Assembly: GCF_037042905.1 (NCBI RefSeq)
Contig: NC_087250.1
Span: forward strand, 24,244,001 to 24,308,000
Direction of reading: 5' to 3'
Length of the DNA stretch: 64,000 nucleotides
DNA from: Lytechinus pictus
Lineage: Eukaryota
This document shows positions 48,971 through 63,509 of the stretch, in pieces. The number at the start of each line of letters is the position of its first letter. The first letter of the stretch is position 1. A program made the translations under genes and the position numbers. Under the pieces are notes generated by a model. That model had not been told where the DNA came from, searched no databases, and saw only the letters and a list, made by a program, of their open reading frames with translations.

Positions 48971-50915
48971 ATAAAAATAGCCCCTGTATACTGCCCATTG
49001 TCCGTATAATGAAACCAGTCATCCGTAACCTTTAGTCCGGCGGCCCAGGAGATTTATTAAACCGAAAGCCGGACAAGCAAATGACCCCGTAGCTGGATGG
49101 CATGGACCCTGAAGTTACAAAAATGCATTGCTGCCGGGTTCTATCCGTGGTCTTCCCTCCGAAATGACGTAATATATGACGTCACTACAAAATGACCCTA
49201 TTTCACAATTTTTTTGACATTCTACACATTACATGAAGTCAAGGGAGAATATCTCAACCAAACCATGCTTATTTGTTTGAAACTTTCAAAATATGTTGTT
49301 CATATAGTGCACAAGAGATATGCAAAGTTTCACGAACAGAAATTATTGTTTACATATGCAAATTACGTAATGAAATTTGCATATCATTAGTTTGGGAGAT
49401 TTCTTGTTTCAAAAATTGTCGAAAGTCGATTCAGAAATTTATTTTCTTTTTTAGTGTACTTTATTTGATATATTTCCTCTCAAGCATAATATCATTCTCT
49501 CCAACTATATCTATACTTTTTGAAAAATATATGTCGGTAATTGGAAATGACATTATAGACTGTGATTTCAGCCCTCTTTTCAATATGATGCGCACATAGA
49601 AATCGTGCGTTGTGGGCCTATATTTTCACCATATAGCTGAGGTGTGCGAACGATATGCCTACATTATTGATGTTTCATGCTATTAAATCTTCCAAACAAC
49701 ATATTTTCATCTTCATTATGTCTCTGCTGATAAATAAATCATTTCAGCAAAGATTGATTGCCCACTGGGCAGTCTATAGGCTACGTTTTCAGCCCAGTTT
49801 TCAACAACGAACCTACACCATGTGTAACTGCATCGTTGTAGTCGAGTCGGATAAGGAGGTTCTTCTGTACCATCAAAATATTTTTCACTCAAATTTTTGT
49901 ATTTGCCTGAAGTGTCTAGTTAATGAATCTTGATGTTCCCTTTGCAAAATCGTGTCCAACGGGGTTTAAAATTGATATCTTTGGCGGCCCTCTTGGACTT
50001 TAATGAAAGTAAATTATTTTCATACTTTATTGCACAGAGTCTGACAATGGGTCAATGTTAAATGAATACGCATTTCACTATGATTTGGATAGTAGAAATC
50101 GGTTGAAATTGTTTTCTGAATAGTCCGGTTAATATATTATGAAAAAAAAAAAGAATTCATCAAAAAAAAAAAAATTAAACCACAATAATCATGTGCATTG
50201 TCATCTATCTGTTTGATCTTGCATCGCCTTTGTTGATGTGCCTAACATGCAGAAATGCATGTAACGTGCTTAGCGATCGATAGAAAAGGTATGTATTACT
50301 TGTATCATGTGTATGAGGGTAAATGGCGTTTTCTACACAAAGCAACTTTTATAATAATGAAATCTCTTGAAAAAGATAGAGGATCGAGGCATTGATCTGC
50401 GTTTTCATTCTGCATGCAATTACTCTCGGGCACCTTAAAGCATAGTCCCACAAGAGCCAGTAGAAGGTTACATACCACACCCTTAGCCGTAGCTTGACTA
50501 TAATAGTCAAGCTACGGATAAGGGTATTTATGATATCGTGCTTTTCGGAGCCCCAATGTGGAAAATTTTGTTTTGGGGATGTATTTTGTACGTATGGAAC
50601 GCCATACGAATCACAAACAATTAACACACAGTGGCGTTCAGAAAATTATTATTTAGCTTTCATACCGATGATACCATCCACAATAACAAGGCTTTTGTTG
50701 TTGTTGTTGTTACTAGAATATGACAATTATGAGTTTCATTCCACAAAGTTTTCGCAACTTTCAAAATTTGCGAAATGAAAATGGATTTATTTGAAATTAA
50801 TCCGCAAATCCTGGCAAATTATAGCCCATGTGATACAGTGCTGCCCCCAGAATTAAACACAACACCTTAAATAATATATGCACTATGAAATATGACAACT
50901 CGTTTTCCTTTGCAG

Positions 50916-51020
50916 ATGGAAAATATTGGGAACTTTTTGGGAGGATGCGAAAACCTAGGAATATCCAAGGTGGAGCTATTTCAAACTGTGGACTTATACG
51001 AGGCAAACAACATCCCACAG
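50916..51020 (+). CDS. Myophilin/transgelin-like gene, exon 4 (partial gene; no further exons found in the window)
   Basis: MENIGNFLGGCENLGISKVELFQTVDLYEANNIPQ, the conserved CH-domain FQTVDLYE motif; tttgcAG acceptor, GTAAT donor. Confidence 0.95.
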
Positions 51021-51114
51021 GTAATTATACTTCAGTTTAAAAAGAAATTCCAGTAGTTGCAGTAAACACTGATTTCATGAGAACGTGGGACAGTGTATAA
51101 TTATTGCTTTGAAT

Positions 51115-51742
51115 GGGTGATTTCAAGTACGGTGTTGGAGTTCGGTGTTCGGTGTTGGTGTTGAGAGCGTGAAAAGGCTGCTGAACCGAGCCCCAACACC
51201 GAGCTGAGTTCAGAGGAGCGATACCGATCGCGTTATCGATATCCTATGACGTCACGCCTCTGCGCTGCTGATCATCTCAACTTTACGCGAGAAATTCTCG
51301 ACGACGAAAGTGAAATCGGGAAAATGCTATGCCTTGGAACGGAAATTTGAGTGTAAAAATGTGGGTATTTCGCAGCACATACCCACTATGCATAATATAC
51401 TGAGTGCCCCCCTCCCCCGGGGTTAAGTCGTGTTCGCCTTCTGTTCGTGAACTACAGTTCATCAACCCCAACACCGAACATGAAATCACGATTTCCCCAA
51501 TCCCTGGGGGTTGGTGTTGGTGAATAGGGATATTGCACGTGGATCGTCAACACCAGCTTTAATGCTCGGTTCAGCAGACGACATTCAACACAAGAGCTCA
51601 ACACAAACTGCCGGAAATACGTCATACATGTATTTTCCGAGGTCAATCCCAACACCAGCGTGATTTCAAGTACGGTGTTGTAGCTGGTGTTGGTGTTGTC
51701 CCAACACCAACACCAGATTTCAACACCGTACTTGAAATCACC
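51115..51742. mobile_element. PIF/Harbinger-like MITE, copy of 7744-8432
   Basis: Same TIR, 3-bp TSD AAT; internal segment replaced by a CCCGGGG-element fragment. Confidence 0.8.
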
Positions 51743-53686
51743 AATTGTCGTGCCCGACGCTCTCCCCGAATCCTGTGCTTATTTGCTGATTTCTCAGCAA
51801 TTACACAATTTCTTCCAGAATCCTTTGGCACATACGTTTTATTTATACAAACAGACACTTTGGTGGTCATTTCATTGGATTCTGTACGAACTCATTTTGA
51901 TATCGTTACCAAAACTAGCATTTACCTTTAACAAATACCATGGTCACATTTGTTCTACTGTTTAACTTAACCTACAGGCTCATATATTTTGTTGTGTATG
52001 ATACTAGCGCAGATACCAGCAATTCTATCGATTTTGAGGTCAGACATCCAAGGTGAAGTGCCACCTTTCACTTTTCTTGCTTGACCAAAGGCAATAACTC
52101 CATGTTTTATGTTACAGGCGGGTGCATTATGTGCTCGCCTTAGCGACACTCTTTTTTAAACAAATAACATATTTCATCAATGGTGAGAGATCCAAGGAGT
52201 CCACTTGGCCGGCGCCAGTTGGTGCCAGTTCGCGTCAATGCTAAGCGGCTTTTGCGCCTCGTGCCGCCAATAAGGTTAAGTGTTTATGGCGCCATAACCA
52301 GTTGAGAGGCAGTTTGAGACACTGCACGCCACAAGGAACCTTATTGGCGACAATAGACGCCACAATCGCTTTGCAGTGGCGCGACTGACACTAACTGTCG
52401 CCGGCTCAGTGCACTCAGTGAAATTCTGCCTTGCTGACAGATTCCTGATCGGAGTAAAGCAAACCCACTTCAAGACTTAGCAGATGATGTCATCTTTGCG
52501 ATTTGGAAGTGAATTTGCTTTTATTCCTACATTGGAGGCTGAATTTAGAATGAATTATCATCGACTTGTCGAGATTGCGAGATATAGTACACAGCTCCTC
52601 GTCATAATATTTAAGGTTACCAAAAATTTTCTGTAGAATCTGATTTTTTGAGCTATTTCCCCTATTTTTAGGGTGCTGAATACGAATCTGCTTGTTGCCA
52701 AATTTATAAATGCCGTCTTCGACCGTTGCCATGGCAACGTATTAATTTCTCAAAAATAGCATGTATTCCCCTGTAAATGGTAGATAAACATGATATAAAT
52801 TAGCCAATAGATTGATTTTAAGGTTCCAATTAAATACAAATGAAATTCAAAAATATTTAAGATCATCAAATTGGTTCCAATTGGCCCGTTGCCATGGTAA
52901 CGGCTCATTTTTCCTCTTCGTTTAGGGTGTTAAACATATGAGTGATTTTTGCTAAATGTATAAATACACTCTCATTCCATTGCCATGGCAACCAAATAAT
53001 ACCTAATTTGGTAAAAAAAGAAGAAATAACATGGTAAAAAAAGACAATGGAGAGAAATACAATAAAAGCGACCTACATGTAATCTACATGCGTTGGGTTT
53101 TTCCAACTCATTTACTACAAATACTACAGTTAGTGTTATGCATGAGTTTATTTGAATGATAGGAATTTATGTTGCCTTGACAATGCTTGAATTTAAAGAT
53201 AAATATCAATATTGCAAATTGGCCGTTGCCATGGTAACAGCTTATTTTTTCTCAGAAAAGTATAAATTTGATAAAAAATATTGTAGAATCTGAATTTTCT
53301 TTCATTTCCCCTAATTATATGATGCTAGATCTATATGTGCTTGTTGCTAAATGTATAAATACCATCTTAGGCCATTGCCATGGCAACCAAATAACATGGG
53401 GGAGATAATGGTGGAAAATACCATGAAAATCACAATCTACATGCGTAAGGTTGGAACCATTAAATATTGAACAAAAAATACAGTATTAAAGTGGTCTGCA
53501 TGAGTTCATTAGAGAGAAAAGAATTGCTGTTGCCTTGGTAACACTTGCATTTATTATAAATATAAATATGAATGTCGTAAACCTCCCATTGCCATGGTTA
53601 CATCTTATTTTTCGCAGAAAATTACAAAGTTAGAAACAACTTCAAATTTTCCTTTCATTTCCCCTAATTTTAGGGTGCTCAACATC

Positions 53687-54334
53687 CAGTTGAGGCCAAA
53701 AATTTACATACACCCATGGAATTCAGTGAAATTTGTTCGTTTGCCAAACATCCTAAAATCTACTACATCTTCAGAAATATAAGTACTACCATGACGAATT
53801 TGGTGTCAAATGAAAGAGCATATTAAGCTCTTTCACATGATTAGGATGCCGCTGGGATTAAAGTAAATTTCAGGTAAAATTTTTTAAAAGAAAAATAGTA
53901 ATATTCGTATAAAATGTATTCTATTGTTTGTTATTATATTTTCAAACATCGTTTCATTGAAATATATAAATGTAAAATCTATGATTTATATTTATACTTT
54001 TTCTTTCACAATATGTCACCACTGAACAAAAAGTGTGATCTGAAATGTTTGTGTTGAGAAGTAACTAGCACAAATATGAAATGTTTTTGTCAAGTTTTTA
54101 TTTTCAAATTGTCTAAAATATGAAGATTTTTTTGGGAAAAATTACAACTAAATATTTTTAGCTCCTGATGACAAAGCAATGTGATGAAGGGGCATGACAT
54201 ACTCATTTGTTTGATATCAAATTTGTCATGATAGCACAAATATTTTATAAGATTCAGTAGATTTTATGATGTTTGGCAAGTGTCAACTTTAAAAAAAAAA
54301 ATCCTGGGTGTATGTTAACTTCTGGCCTCAACTG
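53687..54334. mobile_element. Tc1-like MITE
   Basis: TIR CAGTTGAGGCCAAAAATTTACATACACCC, similar to Sleeping Beauty-type termini; TA at right. Confidence 0.75.
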
Positions 54335-55414
54335 TACATATGCTTGTTAATGTAAAAATACTCTCCCGGGCAATTTTCAATTTAGAATTAAATCCAATCC
54401 ATATAACATGTACTCAAATAAATTATCCAATTACACTCATTTTAATGCTGGACATTTTTTGAAGAAAAATGGTACTTATTCTGCATGAAATCCAGTATTT
54501 TAACTCCAAAATGACCGCAGATAGTCATTTTGAGTATAGTGATTTTGGGTGATTTTTGCTTAAAAGTGTCAAATATAATAATACGGGGGGGGGGGGGCAT
54601 ACACTTGATGAATGAAAATTTTAAATCTTTCAGGAGGTGACATGGTCTTGACCTCCTAATCTGAGATTATCTGAGATTATTGCCATAACCAAATTGGCAG
54701 GTGGTGTCCATTTTGAAAAAGTAAACTTAGAAATATTTTCATAATTTTGGAAATATATGGATCTATATTATGATATTTCAACAAAACATTGGGTAATCAT
54801 TAAATATAATTAATCATATTGCACAAGTTTCAGGTCATATTATCAAGGTCTGAGGTATTATACGATCACCAAAATTTGACCATGTTGTATTATCATCATT
54901 GAATCTCATCAAGTTTCTGAAAAGGTAAACCTTGGAGAGTGCGTATATAAATCTATTTCAAGAAAGTTGGACATAAAGGTATGCAACTATCACATCATTG
55001 TGCATGAGTTTCAGGTTAAAGTTATGGTCAATGAACTTTGACTGTACTGCGGTATCAACATCAAAAACTTTACTTAGGTTTATTAATTTTCAATATAATT
55101 ATATATCATGTCACTAGGTGAAGGTCAAGGGTCTTTTGAAGTTAAAAAACCCTTAGCATTCTATTATTAAATGAATGGGTTTTTCATGAAAGTCCCACAT
55201 TGAGTCTACATTAAAAGATGGAAGAATTTTACCTTTGTTTTCTCAAAAGGTCAGTTATATCTGATAGGAGGAGGCCAGGATTATGTCAATTTGCCAAATA
55301 AACTTTGGGGTTAAATTATCTTGAACAGCTTTCTATTAAAATAAATACATACATTTTAACATTTATAGCACTTCTTCATGTTAACATGCTCAAAGCACTT
55401 TCCAATATATTTGT

Positions 55415-55633
55415 GGGGGCGTCGTGGTCTAGTGGTTAAGACTCTTTATTTTAATCTGAGGGATATGAGTTCGATTCCCAGCCAGGGTGTGTTCTCCTTC
55501 AGTAAGAAATTTATCCATATTGTGCTGCACTCAAGCCAGGTGAGGTAAATGGGTACCTGCAGGAAGTAAGTCCTTAAAAAGCTGTGAGCACCAGATGCGG
55601 TAGTCTAGCTTAGCCGGGGTAATATAGGAGCAC
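55415..55633 (+). mobile_element. tRNA-derived SINE related to 5692-5988
   Basis: TGGTCTAGTGG A box, GTTCGATTCCC B box, shared core ccttcag.aagaaatttatcca.attgtgctgcactc. Confidence 0.8.
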
Positions 55634-57059
55634 TATTTTTTTTTTTATTATTATAAAAATGAATAATTCTACTTTTCAAGTGCTTTCAATACATAAAGTG
55701 GGTGCTAAAACAAAATCCATAGCTTTGTAAGCTTTAAAACACAATTGTACAGAAGGACATGAACGGATTTTGAATATTGGGACCAGTGAAACTTACGCAC
55801 TGTTGACCTAAGTTGGGGTTAGAAAAGGGTCTGTAAACAAAAACCCAGCATGATATGTATTGTGGTGTCAGGTTATTAATGGACAAGTAAACAAAGCAAT
55901 TTTTTCTATAATTCTGTTTTTGACCAGTACCAAGTGAATCTCTTTGAACAAAGGAAACACATGATCATACTTTCTGGCCGTTGAAATGGTACCGACTGCT
56001 CGATTCTGAATGTGCTGTAGTGACTATTATCTAGGCGGCTGAACACCAGTTCAAAGTGTCCCCAAGTGGTTATAAATACGAAGTAAAAAGTAAAGGTCCC
56101 AGTACAAAACCATGAGGAACGCCATATTGCAACCCATGACCCTTTTTTTCTTAATGGCTATCGACCGCGATTCGTTTTAAAGGCAAGGTCAGTATGTCAA
56201 AGGTAGTTCAGATTTTGATTTCTTGACTCTAAAACCCCCAAATAAATATTTTGAACAACTCTCTTTAAAAATGGAATCACCCCCTAAAGTTGTCATTTTT
56301 CTAAATGACAGGCAGCTGTCAGTTTGAATTTTTCATGGTGGTAATCTCTGATTAGGCGGTCAAGTTTAGGTCGGTTAACTGTGTGGACTTAAGATTTTAA
56401 TTTCCTAACCTAAAAAATCCCCATGTTGCTATTTTAAAAAGCTCATTTATAGCACAAATCAACCCAAATTCCTTTTTTTCAAACTGGCCACCAGCAGCCA
56501 CTCTGGATATTTTAATTATACTATAGTCAATCTCTGTTCAGGAGGTCAAGATCACTTCAACTCATCAAATAGACTTAAGATTTCGATTTCCTTTTCCCCT
56601 ATCAAACTCATTCTTTATCATATTTTTATCAGCTTTATAGCAATATCCACCCAAAATTTCTTTCTAAAATGGTTTCCGGCAGCCATTTCATAGTTTTTAT
56701 ACGAATTTCATGGTCAATTTTTCTTCATACAATTAATTGTCCAGAAACACATTATACATGAGTGTAATTGGCAAATTAATTTTATCCCATTAAACTTAAG
56801 CTTTAAAATATAGAAATTTGTGACCCTTAAATTGGCAGCCACCTTGGAGTTTGAAGTTCGGGGTAATTCAATCCAGCAAATAGATGTCACATGTCAATCT
56901 CTTAAAAACTTTACCCCTTAATCAATATTTCTGTCCGATTACTAGGCCAAATGGCCCAAAATATTCTCAAAATGGTCTCTAGCTGAATTCTCCCTAATTT
57001 CATACACCCTTAGAAAAATTGGCATACTGGCTATTTTTTTAAATAAAGTTTATTAGAGC

Positions 57060-58965
57060 ACAAATGGTCAAAAACAGATCGTTACACTCCACATTCCTCA
57101 CTTGAACCTAGGAAGTGATTTGATAGGTCCATATGAGAGCTTGTGCATCACAGACTGTAGATGGTTGGACCATAGGGTGACCCTTTGTGAGCAGAGCCAT
57201 CAAGGGATTCAGTCGAATGAAGGAAGCTACATCTTGTTTTGATGTTTTTTTTGGCAGGTTCATAGTTAAAGAGTGGATGAAGAGGGTGATCTTCTTGCTT
57301 GTTTTTTTCCACCTCTGCTGACACCTATCTTCTGATGTGTGGATGGGCAATACCACACAGTAGGTAGAGATCATCTGCTCTTGTTTTGTCGCAGCCAGTA
57401 ATTGCTCTGCAAGCAGCATTCAGGTCTGCATCAATCTTTGCAGCATGTGATGACCTAAAACGGATGGGGACTGCATACTCAGCAGTCTAGTAGCATAGAG
57501 CAAGAGCTGTCGCACGGATGGTTTTGGCATCTGTTCCCATTTTATGTTGGCAAGCTTCTTCAGGATGCTGTTCCTTGCTCCAACTTTAACCTTTGTCTTG
57601 GAAACATGGTTTTTGTAGGTAAGGGAACTGTCTAGGGTGATGTTAGGTAGATTAGCTTACTGGTGTGTTCCAACCATTTTCTATACCATCTGAACCTTAG
57701 TTATTGGTCTGCATCTCTGTTTTTTTAGGTGAAAAGCACCGAGTTGGTTTTTTTCTGGATTTGCACAGAAATGATTTGCAGCGTAGTAATGAGTCAGGCC
57801 TACCAGAGCATTGCTGAGTGCTTTTTCATCTCTTCAAAGGAATGTTTCTGTGAAGCAATGCAAATGTCATCAGCGTACAGGTAGCTCTCATTATTTGGTG
57901 GATTTGTCATTTGTGTAGATGCTAAAGAGTGGGACGATGATGCTTCCTTGTGGGAGACCTTTTGTGTGTCAGCCATCTGCTACTGGAACCACTGAGATTC
58001 ACAAAAACTGCTGATTTGAGAGCATGCTCTGAATCATCTGTGTCAGCTTAAGCCTTCCTTTGTCATCTCAAAGACTTTCCTTGTGAGTATTTGATGATTG
58101 TGTCATAAGTTGCAATGAGGTCAACAAAGGCTGCTCCAGTTATCAACCCTTTCTCGAAGCCACCATCTCCAATGTACTGTGCCAGATTCAGCAGTTGACT
58201 AGTACTGGACTTTCCTGGCCTAAATCCTGTCTGTTCTGGAAAGAGGAGCTCATCCACCAAGGGAGCAATGTGGTTGAGTAGGAGCCTTTCAAAGATCTTG
58301 TATGTGTGACAAAGCAGAGATATGGGCTGGTAGCTCTTTGCGTTGGCTGTTTTTTTTGCCTGGCTTGAGTAAGGCATCTACCCTTGATTTCCTCCATAAG
58401 TTTGGCATTGTGCTTTCACTCAGACAGTAGTTTAGTATGTCAAGCAGCCATTGGAGTGAAACAGGTCCAAGATGTTTCATCTGCTTACAGATCGAGGACA
58501 TCATCCAATCGAGCTACCTTGCTGATCTTCATTGCTTTGACAGCATTGCACAAGTCGTTCATGCTGAAAGGTCTTGTGAACTCAGATGACTCTTGGCAGG
58601 CTGTCCGCACACTTTTAGGTTGGATCTTCGCGGGTGATTATGAGGGTTACCTTGGCTGTTCACTAGAAGCTGGTTGGCCACTTGGCCGGCGGTAACTTGG
58701 GACCTAGATTGGGACTTTGTAGAGTCATTCCCAAGGATCCGAATCTGGTGTTTCTGCCGGCCCTTAGTATAGCTTGTACGGCATTCTTGTGGAATATACT
58801 TCCTTGATGATTTCTTCAGCAGTTCTAAAAATGTGTCGTAATGAGTAGGGAGTGCAGGGAGGTTCTGAAGATATGTATCCAGACCTATGTCAAACTGCTC
58901 ACAGTTTACTTTCTTCAGGTTGAAAGTCTGCAGAAGGGAACTTTGCGAGGAGTGATGTTTACCAC
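57060..58965 (-). pseudogene. Degenerate Ingi/Vingi-like LINE RT
   Basis: SYQPISLLCHTYKIFERL, EQTGFRPGKSSTSQLLNL, GLITGAAFVDL, YADD-like motif, many frameshifts. Confidence 0.75.
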
Positions 58966-60244
58966 GGCATCAGGCTATTTGCAACATTGATATAATTAAA
59001 TTAATTAACCACTACCAAGCAGCATCAACAAGAATATCAATGTTAAACAACCTACATGTACGTGTATACTTTGGTGGAAATGAAAGAAAAATCGGACTCT
59101 ACATATTTTTATTAAATCTTTTTCTGGTGTAAAATGAGCCGTTACCACGACAACAGGTAATTTGCAACATTGATATTTATTAATAATATCAAGCGTTGCC
59201 AAGGGAACATCAATTTTTATCCTTCTAATGAATTCATGCAGAATAATTACGTAATTTTGGTTTTGGTCATGTAGATTAGTTCGTTTTTACTGTACATCCC
59301 ACCATTACCTTTTTTAGCATGTTATTTTTTACCAAATAAGTTGGTATTTGGTTGCCATGGCAATGGTCTGAGATGGTACTTACATATTTACCAACAAGCA
59401 TATTTATTTTTAGCAACCTAAACTTAGCGGAAATGAACGAAAAAAATGTGACTTTATGTTTTTATCAAAATTTGTTCTTTTCTGAGAAAAATAAGGTGTT
59501 ACCATGGCAACAGGCCATTTGCAATATTGATTTTTATCTTTAAATTCAAGCATTCTCAAGGCAACATCAATTCTTATCATTCTAATAAACTCATGCATAA
59601 CACTTACTGTAATTTTTGTTCTAAATGAGTGGGAAAAACCCATCGCATGTAGATTACATGTAGGTCACTTTTATTGTATTTCTCTCCATTGTCTTTTTTT
59701 ACCATGTTATTTCTTCTTTTTTTACCAAATAAGGTATTATTTGGTTGCCATGGCAATGGAATGAGAGTGTATTTATACATTTAGCAAAAATCACTCCTAT
59801 GTTTAACACCCTAAACGAAGGGAAAATGAAACAAAAAACAGATTCTACAACTTTAAATCAAATTTTTTACTTTTCTGGAGGAAAAATGAGCCGTTACCAT
59901 GGCAACGGGCCAATTGGAACCAATGTGATGATCTTAAATATTTTTGAATTTCATTTGTATTTAATTGGAACCTTAAAATCAATCTGTTGGCTAATTTATA
60001 TCATGTTTATCTACCATTTACAGGGGAATACATGCTATTTTTGAGAAATTAATACGTTGCCATGGCAACGGTCGAAGACGGCATTTATAAATTTGGCAAC
60101 AAGCAGATTCGTATTCAGCACCCTAAAAATAGGGGGATAAGCACAAAAAATCAGATTCTACAGAAAATTTTTGGAATTCTTACTACTTGCCGCCTACTAA
60201 TAGGCCCGACTTTAACCTGACATAATGAAACGCTGAGCTTCCCC

Positions 60245-60748
60245 CCTCGCGGAACCCTCATGCAGGACAACCCAAGGCGAGAGTCGTTCTTCCATATCTG
60301 GGAGCAGCCTCTCACAAGATTCAGAGGATTTTGAGAGAAGCCGACATTGAGGTTCGTCATAGTTCCTCAAATAAGCTTCAATCTGCCCTCACTACCCATA
60401 AGGACAAGCGCAACTCCAAGGACCTCCCTGGAGTTTACCGAATTCCTTGTGAATGCGGTAAAGTTTACATCGGAGAGACGGGTCGTTCCTTGGATTAAGG
60501 AACACAAGGCCCATGGTAGGAGAGACGAGAGGGACAAATCTGCAATCATCGATCATGCCCATACGCATGATCACCGGATTCTTTGGGATGAGAGTAGACT
60601 GGTCACCCGTGTCCCCTACTGGCATCAGCGGAGAGTCAGAGAAGCGTTGGAGATTGAGGAACATAACACTGCTCCTCAAGACAGCGGCCTCCAACTCAGC
60701 AATATCTGGCTTACCGTTCTAGACAAAGAGGCTAATTTGCCTAATTAG
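60245..60748 (+). pseudogene. Penelope-like element GIY-YIG endonuclease (3' part, one frameshift near 60490)
   Basis: VVLPYLG...DLPGVYRIPCECGKVYIGETGRSL, then IKEHK...SAIIDHA...RRVREALEI...DSGLQLSNIW. Confidence 0.88.
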
Positions 60749-60999
60749 CCTACCCGGACGTTCCACACACGTGTGAGCACTGCAGTTCGTGGGCGGAAGT
60801 GGTGACTTTTGTCATTCATGCTAATCCTAGCGGGAATGATAACTGACAGCATTTCCGGTCATCGCTGGTTTTGCGCGCCCAATTTTGTGTGTTGTCACCC
60901 ACGTCCGCATAAGTGGATGTCATGTGACTTTTCCAACCAATCAGAGACATGTACCCTGCGAGATACCGTGCATACGGCACTTCGACAGAGTATATAAGG

Positions 61000-63263
61000 C
61001 TTGCTTTTACAAACTTATCAACTTTCTCCAAACTGATGGAAAGAATGGTTAAAAATAGACTTGTATGGTTCATGGAGCGATGCAGTATCCTGACACCAAC
61101 ACAGGCAGGATTTAGAAAAAATAGAAGTTCTTTAGATCAGCTCCTTAGATTAGAAACGGACATACAGAAAGGATTAGCTAACAAGGAGTATGTCCTAGTT
61201 ATTTTCATTGACCTTGAAAAGGCATACGACCTTTTATGGAGAAAGGGAATAGTATTTAAATGTCATCAAGCTGGTATAAAAGGAAAAATGTTACAGTGGA
61301 TTAATTCATTTTTACAAGATCGATATTGCAAGGTAAAAATTAATGGCCAGTTATCTTCACAATTTGTTCTGGAAAATGGAACGCCCCAAGGTAGTGTTAT
61401 TAGTCCAATTTTGTTCAATTTAATGTTGAATGATCTAAAACTGATAGAAAAATCTGTTAAAATCTCTATGTATGCCGATGATATTGCCGTATGGTGCTCA
61501 GGCAGAAATCTTGACTTTTTACAAAAGAAAATGCAGAAAGCTATAAAAGAAATTGAACAGTGGTGCTCAACCTGGAGTATGATTATTTCTCCTCAAAAGT
61601 CTGCTGTTATGATTTTACCAATAGGCAGCATATAGAGGTAAATATTAAGGTTAAAGATAAATCTATACCACAATACAAAGAATATAAGTTTCTGGGTATT
61701 TGGTTTGATGTGAAACTCACCTGGAAAAAGCACATCGATTATATAAAACTCAGATGTTCAAAAAGAATCAATTTGTTACGGTGTATAGCAGGAACAAGTT
61801 GGGGAAATAATAAAACAATTCTTTATATAATATACAAAGGTCTTATTAGATCCATATTAGACTACGGATGTGAGTTATACGACTCGGCTAGCCTTTCGCT
61901 AAAACAAGAATTAGATTCAATCCAATATCAGTCACTGAAAATAATAACTGGTGCAATATATAACCCTGCCCTTGAAGCACTACAGGTAGAATGTGGTGAA
62001 AGACCTTTACAACTAAGAAGAGAACTGTCTGTTGACAAATACATGTTTTATCTTTTAACAAACAGAGATAGTCATCATCCTACTTTAGAAATTATTGAAC
62101 CTTCCTGGTATACTGATAAATTTACTTGGAAATCAGGTCGTGGACCCTTTGTAGTCAGAGCATGTAAGCCAAATGAAGAGATCCAAATTGAACAACTAAG
62201 CCAAAGAATATTACGAGAACCTTTTTGGTCATATGAAATACCTAGTATATCTTACTATATCCATAAGATTATCAATAAACAACGTAACTTAGTACAAGAT
62301 ATGAAAAACTGTGTCTCAGAAAGGATACATACAAGATGGAAAGGTTACTTAAATATCTACACTGATGGATCAAAACAAGAAGACAAGAGAACCGGCTCTG
62401 CTTTTTATATACCAGAACTGGATATTAAAAGATTCTATAGATTAAATTCTGTAAGTATAATGAGAGCCGAATTAACAGCAATAGTAATGGCACTTGATTG
62501 GCTAGGAGATAACAGAGGTATGTCCGTGGTAATTTTTACAGATTCGTTGTCTGCTCTTCAAGCACTTGAAAGCAATCGTATACAAAACAATCTTATTGTT
62601 GATATCTTGTATAAAATCAAAGTTTTACAATTATCAGATATTTATGTCAATTTTGAATGGATACCATCCCATTGTGGTATTCACGGGAACGATGTGGCAG
62701 ACCTTTTAGCAAAAAAAGGAACATCAAAAGAACAAGTTGAATTAAACATTCCATATATCAAAGAGGAATGGAAAACCCACATGTCTTTGATTTATAAAGA
62801 AATATGGCAGGCTCAATGGGTATCCTCATCTAAAGGAAGACATTTATTTAGCATCCAACCCAACGTGGCAGATACAATTGGTTATCAAGGTCTCATTCGG
62901 TTTGAAGAGACTATGATACACCGTTTAAGACTCGGAAAATGTAAATTGAATTATTATCTGTATAAATTTAATCAACATGAAAATGGTCTATGTTCCCATT
63001 GTCAGGTTCCTGAGACAATAGAACATTTTTTACTACAATGTAAGAAATATGAAAGAGAAAGAAGAATTATGCAAAGAAGCCTGAAATTAAACAAGCCAAT
63101 ATCAGATCTGGCAACATTATTGGGAAGAAATGCAGATTATAAAGTCATCCTGAATTACGTGAAAAAACAAAGAGATTCGAATAAGAATATTCCACTGATC
63201 TCTCTCCATCTCTTTCTCTCTCTCTCTCATCCTTTTGTTCTGATGATTAGTGATAATTCTTAG
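61000..63263 (+). pseudogene. I/Nimb-clade LINE ORF2: RT, RNase H and CCHC knuckle (5'-truncated, frameshift near 61615)
   Basis: QAGFR, DLEKAYD, PQGSVISP, YADD, KFLG, IYTDGSK, AELTAI, IFTDS, WIPSHCGIHGNDVAD, CSHC...H...C; element ends ~63438. Confidence 0.9.
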
Positions 63264-63509
63264 ACTACTAAAATTGAGCTTCGACCTAGCTTCTTATATA
63301 AGTTTGCATACTATGAAGTACAAAAACGCACATTTAATGGTGGTGGTAACTAATCATAATTATATTGCACCTCGCTATATGACAGGTCAGACTAGTCTAA
63401 CGCCGAGGACATTGATGCGGGAATTAAGCAACTAACTCGGAAACGACCTGGCGCAGATAATCTACCAGATTGAAGAGCGCCAACTTAACTCCAACACCAA
63501 CCAACTTTG

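Larger units (their letters stand above)
52615..60179. mobile_element. Large non-autonomous element with ~1-kb inverted arms (Kolobok-like left end), hosting Tc1, SINE and LINE insertions
   Basis: TTAA-GGTTACCAAAAATTTTCTGTAG at left; 52620-53600 is inverted relative to 59100-60174; right terminus degenerate. Confidence 0.75.

Noticed and set aside
51967..52149. 60-aa minus-strand ORF as a gene or as the next myophilin exon
   Set aside because: Wrong strand for the myophilin-like gene, no recognisable domain, poor splice signals.
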